A DNA stretch of 64,000 nucleotides from Chloroflexota bacterium (GTDB lineage: Bacteria > Chloroflexota > Anaerolineae > Aggregatilineales > Phototrophicaceae), in contig WTGB01000028.1 in the NCBI GenBank assembly GCA_011523735.1, positions 34,048-98,047 on the forward strand, read 5' to 3'. The translations under genes and the position numbers were made by a program. The notes under the pieces were generated by a model. That model had not been told where the DNA came from. It was given only the letters and a program-made list of their open reading frames with translations, and searched no databases. Below, piece by piece: positions 1 through 8,600 of the stretch (its first letter is position 1; each line of letters begins with the position of its first letter).

Positions 1-236
1 GCTTCCGCCGCCGCCACAATGAGCACAAAAGCGGTGAAGGCGTAACCGTTAAGCAGCAAGTCGGTACTCGTCTCACTGTAGCGCCAGAAGGCGACCAGGT
101 TGATATTGACCGCGTTCAGCATCAGTTCGACGCTCATCAGAATCGCGACAGCGTTACGGCGCGCCAGCACACCAAACACACCCAGCGAGAATAGGGCTGC
201 GGCGACCGCCAGATACATCCAGAGAGGCACCAGCAT
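1..236 (-). CDS. nuoK: NADH-quinone oxidoreductase subunit K (NuoK); 3' end runs off the window
   Basis: My own minus-strand translation from the ATG at 236 gives [50 protein letters not shown]..., a typical NuoK/ND4L N-terminus. The ATG overlaps the nuoJ stop (TAATG). It is absent from the ORF track because it is open at the window edge. Confidence 0.85.
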   Translation of the reverse strand, partial: MLVPLWMYLAVAAALFSLGVFGVLARRNAVAILMSVELMLNAVNINLVAFWRYSETSTDLLLNGYAFTAFVLIVAAAE

Positions 237-760
237 TAGCTTCCTCCCTTCGCTTTCTCGTCGCGGGAAATGAAGATTGCCCCGATCATCGCGGCTGTCA
301 GCAAGACCGACGCCAGCAAAAATGGGACAACATATCCGTTCTCGTCCACGAGCGCGATGCCAAGATCGCGCGTCGACGCCACATATTCCGGCGCTGACCC
401 GGGCAAGTGGCCGCCAAATATCGGGACGGTGACGCCAAATAGCAATATAAGGAAAAGTAAAAGCGAGCCGATGAAACTCGGCACAATGCGGATATAACGT
501 TCTTTGATGCGGGTGACACTGCGCGTCAGCATCACAGCGAAGGTAATCAGAATCGCGATGGCGCCGATGTAGACGAGAATCTGCACCGCCGCCAAGAAGG
601 GCGCGCTCAACAGAATGAAATAGCCGGCCACCCCGAATAAACTGACCATCAGCCAGATAGTGCCTTGAAACAGGTTGCGCGTGGTCACGACGCCGATGCC
701 CCCGCCGAGCGTGAAGATGGTGAAGACGACGAAACCGATTGTGATTGCGTTCAATTCCAT
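236..760 (-). CDS. nuoJ: NADH-quinone oxidoreductase subunit J (NuoJ)
   Basis: ORF 236..823 trimmed to the internal ATG at 760 ([25 protein letters not shown]...), which is the usual NuoJ/ND6 start. The untrimmed N-terminus is Arg-rich and would overlap the nuoH 3' end. The protein is hydrophobic and multi-TM, and sits between nuoH and nuoK. Confidence 0.85.
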   Translation of the reverse strand: MELNAITIGFVVFTIFTLGGGIGVVTTRNLFQGTIWLMVSLFGVAGYFILLSAPFLAAVQILVYIGAIAILITFAVMLTRSVTRIKERYIRIVPSFIGSLLLFLILLFGVTVPIFGGHLPGSAPEYVASTRDLGIALVDENGYVVPFLLASVLLTAAMIGAIFISRDEKAKGGS

Positions 761-773
761 CTCGCCAAACTCC

Positions 774-1991
774 CTAGTCCGCCGCCGCTTGCGCCAGATC
801 AGCCCGTGCCGCCATCGATTCACGCCGGGCTTCTCGCCCGCGTTTCCGCAAGATGCCGAGCAAATATATGGTCATCGCGCCGTTAATCAGCAAAAGAACC
901 ACCGTGGTCGGCAAAAGCTCCGTGACACCAGCGCTGGCCAAATCACGGGGGGACAAGCCCAACTCCTGCATCACTTTCAACGCAAGCGAGATGAAAATCA
1001 GATTCGCGATTGAAAGCGGGACCAGGAATTTCCAGTTGAAAGCCATAATTTGGTCGATGCGCAAGCGCGGCACGGTATTGCGAAGCCAGAGCGTTGTGAA
1101 ATAAATGATGCCGCCCTTTGCGCCAAGCCAGGCGAAAGCGATCAACGGCGACTCGTAATACAACGGTCCCATCCAGCCGCCGAAAAATAGCAGCGCCATC
1201 AAGATGCCATTGGTGAAAACGTGCAGAAATTCAGCGGCGAAAAACATGCCGAATTTCATGCCGGAGTATTCAATATTGAAGCCGGCAACCAACTCGGATT
1301 CTGCTTCAATCAGGTCGAAGGGCGCGCGCCCAGTTTCGGCCTGGGAAGAGACGTAAAAGATGACAAATGCCAGCGGCGAAAGTACGACAAACCACATGCC
1401 CGTTTGCGCGTTGACAATATCGAGCATGCTCATGCTGCCAGCCAGCATCACCGGCACCAGCAGGGCGAAGACCAGCGGCACCTCGTAGCTCACCAGCAAT
1501 GATACCACGCGAAAGGCGCCGAGAAGCGCGTATTTATTATTGCTCGCCCAGCCGGCTACCATAATGGCAAGCGTGCCAAAAGACGCCACCGCCACAAAGA
1601 ACAACGCCCCGATTTCCAGGTCGACGCCGTAATGAAAGGGGGTGAAAGGCACAATCGCCCAAATCAGCACAACCGATGCGAAGGAGACCAGCGGCGCCGC
1701 GTTGTATAGCACACGGTCAGCCGCCGTCGGCGTGATATCTTCCTTGCCCAGCAGCTTCAGCAAGTCGGCGAAGGTCTGCATCAAACCAATGGGACCGACG
1801 CGGTTGGGTCCGATGCGGTCCTGGATGCGCGCGGCGACTTTGCGCTCGATCCAGATGAGAAGAATGACCGTCAGCAGCGGGACGCCGCTAACTAGCAAGA
1901 CGCCGACCAAAAGAGAGAGAAACTGCGCCAGACCGGCATCGGCGCCGGACTCAACGAGGATGTGGCACAAGCCGCTACAAAGTTCGTCCAT
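774..1991 (-). CDS. nuoH: NADH-quinone oxidoreductase subunit H (NuoH), with a C-terminal extension
   Basis: Contains IWIERKVAARIQDRIGPNRVGPIGLMQTFADLLKL and AGWASNNKYALLGAFR, both hallmark NuoH/ND1 motifs. It has about 60 extra C-terminal residues, including one more hydrophobic helix. Confidence 0.9.
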   Translation of the reverse strand: MDELCSGLCHILVESGADAGLAQFLSLLVGVLLVSGVPLLTVILLIWIERKVAARIQDRIGPNRVGPIGLMQTFADLLKLLGKEDITPTAADRVLYNAAPLVSFASVVLIWAIVPFTPFHYGVDLEIGALFFVAVASFGTLAIMVAGWASNNKYALLGAFRVVSLLVSYEVPLVFALLVPVMLAGSMSMLDIVNAQTGMWFVVLSPLAFVIFYVSSQAETGRAPFDLIEAESELVAGFNIEYSGMKFGMFFAAEFLHVFTNGILMALLFFGGWMGPLYYESPLIAFAWLGAKGGIIYFTTLWLRNTVPRLRIDQIMAFNWKFLVPLSIANLIFISLALKVMQELGLSPRDLASAGVTELLPTTVVLLLINGAMTIYLLGILRKRGREARRESMAARADLAQAAAD

Positions 1992-2020
1992 AGTCGTCTC
2001 CCGCCCGCGTCAACTCGACC

Positions 2021-2383
2021 TTACTTCCAATCCAGCGCGTTCTTCTTCCAAGCGTAAAACAGCGCGTCCGTCAGCAGGAAGATGAACAGGAAACCGGCGA
2101 CGAAGCCGAACAAACTCATCTCGTTGTAAGCGACCGCCCAAGGGAAAAGGAAAACCATCTCAACATCAAATACCAGAAAGATCAGACCATAAATGTAATA
2201 CTGCACACGGAATTGCACCCAGGTGTCGCCGATGGTTTCAACGCCGCACTCGTACGTAGAGCTTTTGAGAACATTCGGTTTGCGTGGACGGAAGAGCCAG
2301 GCGATAACGATCGGCAGCGCCGGAAAGACGGGCGCCATCACAGCAAACAAGCCGATAAATGCCCACTCGTTAAGTACGTTCAT
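2021..2383 (-). CDS. nuoA: NADH-quinone oxidoreductase subunit A (NuoA)
   Basis: 120 aa. YECGVETIGDTWVQFRVQYYIYGLIFLVFDVEMVFLFPWAV is the conserved NuoA/ND3 core. Confidence 0.9.
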   Translation of the reverse strand: MNVLNEWAFIGLFAVMAPVFPALPIVIAWLFRPRKPNVLKSSTYECGVETIGDTWVQFRVQYYIYGLIFLVFDVEMVFLFPWAVAYNEMSLFGFVAGFLFIFLLTDALFYAWKKNALDWK

Positions 2384-2703
2384 CCGAACTGAATCCTAGA
2401 ATCCGCTATACGATAGCCACGCTAGGCAAGTCAAAATCGGCAAGCCGCTCGGCAAGAAATGCCCTCTTCTGGCTAGACAATCCCTGTGGAAACTTTGTCT
2501 AAAAGCCAGTCCATAACAACAGTGTTTGCGCCATTTATCACAAACGGCATAAAGTATAGCAGCAGGGATTTACTAATGCAACGGACTTTTAGTTTCGGCT
2601 TTTCAGTTTGAAGCTGGCATTCTAGCATAGCTGCTTCCCCGTTCGTCCGCTTATGATAGGCTAATTGTCCTTGCGGATGCGACAGTGCAGACTGGCACTA
2701 TGA

Positions 2704-3762
2704 ATGCCCTCTAAGCTAACCCAAAATACGCTCATGGCTGTCTCTACAATACTGGCTCTTTCCAACGATGCGGCAAGCCGGGCTTGGGACGAATTCGTCC
2801 TGGCTCAGCCGCGCGCGCACTTGCTGCAGCTATCGAGCTGGGGATTGTTGAAAGCGCAATTCGGCTGGGAAGCTCAGATTGTCACTTTAACTGACGAGAC
2901 TGGGATTCATGCTGGCGCCTTGGTTTTGCTGAGGCGCCTGCCCCTTATGGCCGGCAAAATGGCTTACGTACCGATGGGCGGCTATGTATCGGACCCGGCG
3001 AATTACGCCTTGCTTTGGAAAGCCATCCGCCGCGAGACCGGCGCCGCCTTCCTTAAACTGGAGCCCGGGCATTTTCCTGTTGGTGAGGCGCCTGACCTGG
3101 CTAGCATGGGCTTTCAGCAAAGTCCACAGACGATCCAGCCCGCGACGACAATCATCATTGACATTGATGCCGATGATGACAGGATTTTACGCCGAATGAA
3201 TCAAGGTACGCGCCGTAAGATACGCAAGAGCCTGACCGGCGGCATCACATACAAGGAAGGCGACCGCGCTGATTTGCCAGCATTCAGCAGGCTTATGCGG
3301 CAGACTAGCGCGCGCAATGCTTTTGGCGTGCACAGCGCCGCCTACTTTGAAGCGGTCTTTGATCTGCTTGTAATAGAGTATGGCGCGCTTATGCTGGCCA
3401 AGCATGAGGACGAGTTACTGGCAGCGATCATGATCTTCGCTGTGGGCGATACAGCTTGGTATCTCTATGGCGCGTCGACGCGCGCGCAAAGCAATCTCTA
3501 CGCCACCTACGGCATTCAGTGGGAAGCGATACAATGGGCGAAGGGACGCGGCTGCCGCCACTATGATCTTTGGGGTGTGCCCGACCATGACAAGGGAAAA
3601 TTGGAAGCCGAGTTCAAACACCGCAGCGATGGCCTCTGGGGCGTATATGGCTTCAAGCGAGGCTGGGGCGGAGAGGTCAAACACTCTATGGGCGCCTGGG
3701 ACCTGGCATGGAATCCTATCGTCTACACCGCGTATCGCGCCGCCTTGAAGCTGAAGCGATAG
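2704..3762 (+). CDS. FemAB-family peptidoglycan interpeptide-bridge peptidyltransferase (paralogue 1)
   Basis: Has the FemX/FemAB-like layout: N-terminal WDEFV...LLQLSSWG, central NQGTRRKIRKS, C-terminal WYLYGAST...IQWEAIQWAKGRGCRHYDLWGV...GVYGFKRGWGG. The start could instead be the ATG at 2734. Confidence 0.75.
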   Translation: MPSKLTQNTLMAVSTILALSNDAASRAWDEFVLAQPRAHLLQLSSWGLLKAQFGWEAQIVTLTDETGIHAGALVLLRRLPLMAGKMAYVPMGGYVSDPANYALLWKAIRRETGAAFLKLEPGHFPVGEAPDLASMGFQQSPQTIQPATTIIIDIDADDDRILRRMNQGTRRKIRKSLTGGITYKEGDRADLPAFSRLMRQTSARNAFGVHSAAYFEAVFDLLVIEYGALMLAKHEDELLAAIMIFAVGDTAWYLYGASTRAQSNLYATYGIQWEAIQWAKGRGCRHYDLWGVPDHDKGKLEAEFKHRSDGLWGVYGFKRGWGGEVKHSMGAWDLAWNPIVYTAYRAALKLKR

Positions 3763-4841
3763 CCTTAGGAAGGACGCCGAACATCCTCACGATATATGAG
3801 ATTCATCATCGCGATCCCTGGAACCAGGCGCTGCGAAGCTTGCCATATGCCCATGTTTTGCAGACTTGGGAATGGGGTGAGTTCAAACGCGTGACCAGCG
3901 GCTGGAACGTAGAACGCCTGGCATTCGAGCGTGAAGGATCTGTCATAGCCATGGCAAGTCTGGCAACACGTACGATGGGTCCGCTGAAAGTGATGGTGGT
4001 CAGCAAAGGTCCGGCGCTCGATTACAGCGATATCGACCTCGCCCGTGATGTCTTCGACGAGTTAGCGCAGCGAGCCAAACACTTCGGTGTCATTTGGCTG
4101 AAAATTGACCCCGATGTCATCGCGGCAACGGGTCCGCCCGGCAATACGGATGGCCACCAAGATAAAGGCGGCGGCGAAGTTATTGCTATGCTCAAAACGA
4201 GCGGCTGGCGCTTTTCAAATTCCCAGGTGCAGTTTCGCAACACGCTGACAATCGATCTGCGCCGCAGTGAGGACGAGATCCTCGCGGCGATGAGCGGCAA
4301 CACGCGCCGCAAGGTTCGCGTCGCCTACAAAAAAGGTGTCAAGATCCGCCCGGCGATTGTTGAGGATCTTCCTACCCTCTATCAACTGTATCGTGTCACG
4401 GGCGAGCGTGATAAATTCTTGATTCGACCGCCCGAGTATTATCAGCGTGCCTGGCGGGAGTTTATGTCAGCCGGCTTAGCTCATGCATTGGTCGCCGAAT
4501 ACGATGGGAAAGCCATCGCCCATGTCATCTTGTTTCACTTCGGGCGCAAATGTTGGTATTTCTACGGCGCTTCTTCTAATGAAGAGCGGGAGCGCATGCC
4601 GAATTACGCTTTGCAGTGGGAGGCGATCAAGTGGGCGAAGGCGAAAGGCTATGCGGTCTACGACATGTGGGGCGCGCCGGATGTCTTCGACGAAAGCGAT
4701 ACGCTTTGGGGCGTCTATCAATTCAAGCGCGGCTTTCGCGGAGAACTGGTCAGGCACATCGGCGCCTGGGACTTTGCCCCGCAGCCCTGGCTGTATCATA
4801 CTTATGCGAAGCTGGCGCCTCAACTGCTAAACTTGATGTGA
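3708..4841 (+). CDS. FemAB-family peptidoglycan interpeptide-bridge peptidyltransferase (paralogue 2)
   Basis: Same motif set as the upstream gene (WNQALRSL..VLQTWEWG, SGNTRRKVRVA, WYFYGASS...LQWEAIKWAKAKGYAVYDMWGAP...GVYQFKRGFRG). The only in-frame start I can find is the ATG at 3708, which gives a 55-nt overlap with paralogue 1. Confidence 0.75.
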   Translation: MESYRLHRVSRRLEAEAIALGRTPNILTIYEIHHRDPWNQALRSLPYAHVLQTWEWGEFKRVTSGWNVERLAFEREGSVIAMASLATRTMGPLKVMVVSKGPALDYSDIDLARDVFDELAQRAKHFGVIWLKIDPDVIAATGPPGNTDGHQDKGGGEVIAMLKTSGWRFSNSQVQFRNTLTIDLRRSEDEILAAMSGNTRRKVRVAYKKGVKIRPAIVEDLPTLYQLYRVTGERDKFLIRPPEYYQRAWREFMSAGLAHALVAEYDGKAIAHVILFHFGRKCWYFYGASSNEERERMPNYALQWEAIKWAKAKGYAVYDMWGAPDVFDESDTLWGVYQFKRGFRGELVRHIGAWDFAPQPWLYHTYAKLAPQLLNLM

Positions 4842-4854
4842 TTAAGGATATGCG

Positions 4855-5667
4855 ATGGATATGAATTCGTTGGTTAAACAATACAGGGAAGAAGGTTATG
4901 TTGTAGTGCCTTCGCTATTTTATTCGGCGGAGGTAGAGTTCATTCGAAGCCACTTTATGGCGCTGAACGCCGCCGGACACGGTTATGCCGGCGATGATCC
5001 GTTCTTACTAGGCGATCACGATCCGCTTAAGAAATTCCCGCGCATCGTTCACCCGCATCGTTTCGATCAATTCTCACTTGATTGGCTGTTGGACGCCCGC
5101 TTGCGTGAATGGACAACTTCCTTGCTCGGCGCTGAGCCTTATGCCGCCCAGACGATGTTTTACTTCAAGCCGCCAACAGCGCGCGGACAAGCTCTGCACC
5201 AAGACCAAACGCCGCTGAGAGTATATCCCGGCACTTGCCTGGCAGCATGGATGGCGGTCGATGATTGCGATGAAGAAAACGGCTGCTTGCAGATTGTGCC
5301 CCGGACTCATGACCTGCCCAGACTTTGTACGGTCGATGCCGATACAACACAGAGCTTCAGCACGTCAACGGTGCCGCTCCCGCCTGGAAGCAAAGCGGTG
5401 CCGGTTATCATGCAGGCCGGCGATGTACTCTTCTTCAACGGGCAAGTCATCCATGGCAGCTATCCGAACAGGAGTAAGACCCGCTTTCGCCGCGCCCTCA
5501 TCGCGCATTACGTCGTTGGCGAGGCAGAAAAGGTCGCCGAGTTCTATCATCCGCTGCTGACCTTTGACGGCGACGTGGCGGAATTGCAGGTGAGCGAGAA
5601 AGGCGGTCCCTGCGGCATCTTCGTTGACGAAGATGCGTCCGAAGTCACGATGGTCGAGTCGTTATAG
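4855..5667 (+). CDS. PhyH-family Fe(II)/2-oxoglutarate-dependent dioxygenase
   Basis: GQALHQDQ (HxD iron ligands), AAWMAVDDCDEENGCLQIVPRTH and FFNGQVIHGSYPNRS (distal His) are typical of phytanoyl-CoA dioxygenase-like proteins. It starts 13 nt after the second FemAB gene. Confidence 0.75.
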   Translation: MDMNSLVKQYREEGYVVVPSLFYSAEVEFIRSHFMALNAAGHGYAGDDPFLLGDHDPLKKFPRIVHPHRFDQFSLDWLLDARLREWTTSLLGAEPYAAQTMFYFKPPTARGQALHQDQTPLRVYPGTCLAAWMAVDDCDEENGCLQIVPRTHDLPRLCTVDADTTQSFSTSTVPLPPGSKAVPVIMQAGDVLFFNGQVIHGSYPNRSKTRFRRALIAHYVVGEAEKVAEFYHPLLTFDGDVAELQVSEKGGPCGIFVDEDASEVTMVESL

Positions 5668-5674
5668 AGACCGA

Positions 5675-8600
5675 CTATTCGGTGATGATAAAGCGAGTCC
5701 CATCCCCACGCCCATACACTTCCGGGAAGTAAAGCGCCTGAGCGACTGGCGGGATTACATTGAATTCGCCAGCGATAGAGGGGCGGATTACATAGACATA
5801 TTCGTATATCCCTGGCGGCAGCATACTGGCGTAGATGACGGCTCGCTCGTCATGAAATTCGATGTGATCAAAGAACCACCAGCCCCAACCTTGCTCGCGA
5901 GGGTCGATATGCTGGCCCCCCGGCATCGCGCCCCGTTGCGGACTTATCGCCAGATCTGGATTCACGGCTTCGGCGCCAGCGGGGAAGAAGTCTTCAATCA
6001 CCACGTAACGCAATGTATTGGGCACGGCAATTTGCAGTCGCACCTGGACCGCATCACCGATGGCAGCGTCAGTCACTTCCGAGCCCGATGCATCATCCAG
6101 CAGAGAGTATGACCGCGATACTCCGATGCCATTCCCAATGGCTTCAACCCTGTCAACTGGAATATCAAGATGCAAATGCGCTGTATAGTAGAGTGCGCCA
6201 GCACCTTCATCGCGCCGGAATTCGACAATGTTGCTTTCATGATGTTCCAAGTCGTCCGCTGCGACGCTTATTTCTTCCGCTGCTAGAACATTGTCGGACA
6301 GCGCTGCGTTCCGCAAGAGTTCAACACCGTTCACAGCGACGCTATAGATATAATCGGGATTGAGTTCCCCGCTGAAGAGCATCCAGTTTGTCAAGGCGAT
6401 AATCGACCAGGTGTTTTCCTGCGGTGATCCCCAGTAGCCACGTCCTTCGCGGACAGTGACCAAGTGCCTGACGATGTTCGGCAGGAGTTCGCTCTCGGGC
6501 CGAAGCTTGATAAGCGCATTCAACACCAGCGCCGTCGAGCGGATATCGGTTGACCAATTCCAGCGGTCTTCGTAGACCTCCTCAAAGAAGGCGCCGCTTG
6601 CTCTCGTGATCGCCCGATTGAACATGACCTGCGTCAGGGTATCCAGCCGCAAGTCGTCAGTTGGATTGATGCGGTGCAATGTCTTCGCCAAAAAGGCAAT
6701 CGCATCCAGATTCATCCGCTCGTGACTTTCGAACAGAGTCGTAGTACGGGCGATATCGGGCGCGCCCGATTCCGCCAGAGCATACAAAAGGAAAGCCTGC
6801 CGGTTCAGGCGCCACTGCTCGACTTCCAACGACGGACTGATGAGTTGTCGCCGGAGGAAACGCTGCGCCCGCCGCATGATATCTGCGTCGACTGGATAGC
6901 CTTGACGCTCGGCTACCGTCAGTCCGATAAGGGCGTAGGCAGAGGTCAAAACATCCGCCTCCGGATAAGAACACCAGCTCCAGCCGCCGTTCGCGAGTTG
7001 CCGCGCGTAAAGTGTCTGCAAGCCTTCCGATACCAAATCATCCAGCTTGTTCTCGAGCCCTGGGCGCGACAGACCCAGTTCCTTGAGGGCGCGGAACGAT
7101 ACGATATTCGGCAAGAAGCGGCTTACCACTGAGGAATTGCATTCGCTGAAACGCAATGTCTCCTCTTCCAGGTAAGTCAGGCTTTTGTTCGTTACGCCGG
7201 CAAGCGACTTGTCGATGCGAATATCAAGCCTTCCGGCGCCGACATCAACGTCCCGCGGCAGCAAGACAGCTTCCGAGCGCGTCCCGGCTTGCAGGAGCGT
7301 ACCGGCAGTACCCGCTGTCTCCCGCACATCATAGCGGTAGACCGGCAGCGTACCGCCGTCATCAATGCTGACCGGCGAAATGCTCGCGTCCGCAAAAGCT
7401 CCATCCGTGCTGCGAACGATGAAGATCGGCGCGACTGCAGCGACATCTGATACCGTCACCTGCCAAGTCACACGCTGACGTCCCTCAGCGGGTATCATCA
7501 GTTCTTTGACCGAGTCGTTTTCAGCCAACAGGTCTAATCCATCGGCATTCTCAAGCGAAACCACCACGAAGATGTCCTGTCCGGTGTTGTTGTTGACTAC
7601 CGCCGCCAATTGCACACTATCGCCGACAACGAGGAAACGCGGGGTCACTGGGCGAATAAGCAGCGGGCGCGTACTGAGAAGGTCGAAAGTCTGCTCGCCG
7701 ACCAGCAGCCGTCCGTCGCGCCCCTCGGTCAAGGCGCGCGCGTCCAGCCGCCAGGTTGTCAGATTATCCGGCAGCCGCACAGCAACCGCCGCTTCGCCAT
7801 TGGTATCTGTAATCACGCTCGGATTCCAATAAGCCGTGTCGATGAACTCCCCGCGGAGATCAACGATGCCGGTCTCAAACATGCCACCACCACCGCCCTT
7901 CTGTTCCGACAATCTGGCTGTGAAAGCATCAGCATTCACGACCAGCGAGCTAGATGTGCGGACGCTTAGTTCCTGTGGTCCATAGAAGGACTCCAGCAAG
8001 GGCTCGCTATTCCGCTCGGCGACAGACAGCGCTGCCAGATCGGTCAAGCCAATCCCAAGCTCGGCCACGACCGGGTCGCCCCGATAATCTGTCACGCGCA
8101 GGTGGTATTCGACATGTTCTTGGGGCGCGGCGACATCCGTATCAGCGCTGATGTCGATATTCAGCGCTTTCTGTTCGATATCAACCAGCAGTTGCGTCAT
8201 GCCCACGCGCCAGGACGCTGTATCATAATTCTCGCCGAGGGGCTTAACGAGGAAGACGTTGACGAAAATATTAGGCGCATGCCGCGGCAGAATCTCGAAT
8301 TCGTAGATATAGGAATTGCTGTTTAAGCGAATGCGCTCGGCGCTGAGGACATCACCGCGCTCAATGCTGATCAGCGCTTCCACCCGTCCTTGAAATGGCG
8401 AGGCGACCAAGATTTTCGCGCGTTCGCCAACGCTGTAATTGGTCTTGTCCGGCACGAGTTGGACCGAGTTGTTGTTTTCCTGCCGCCAACTCACATAGTC
8501 TTCGCTGGATACCCAGGCATAGGTGGCAGAACGCGCTTGATTGCCGGCTCTATCACGGGCAGTAACAATGATCTTGAAAATGCCACCGTTCGGCGGCACG

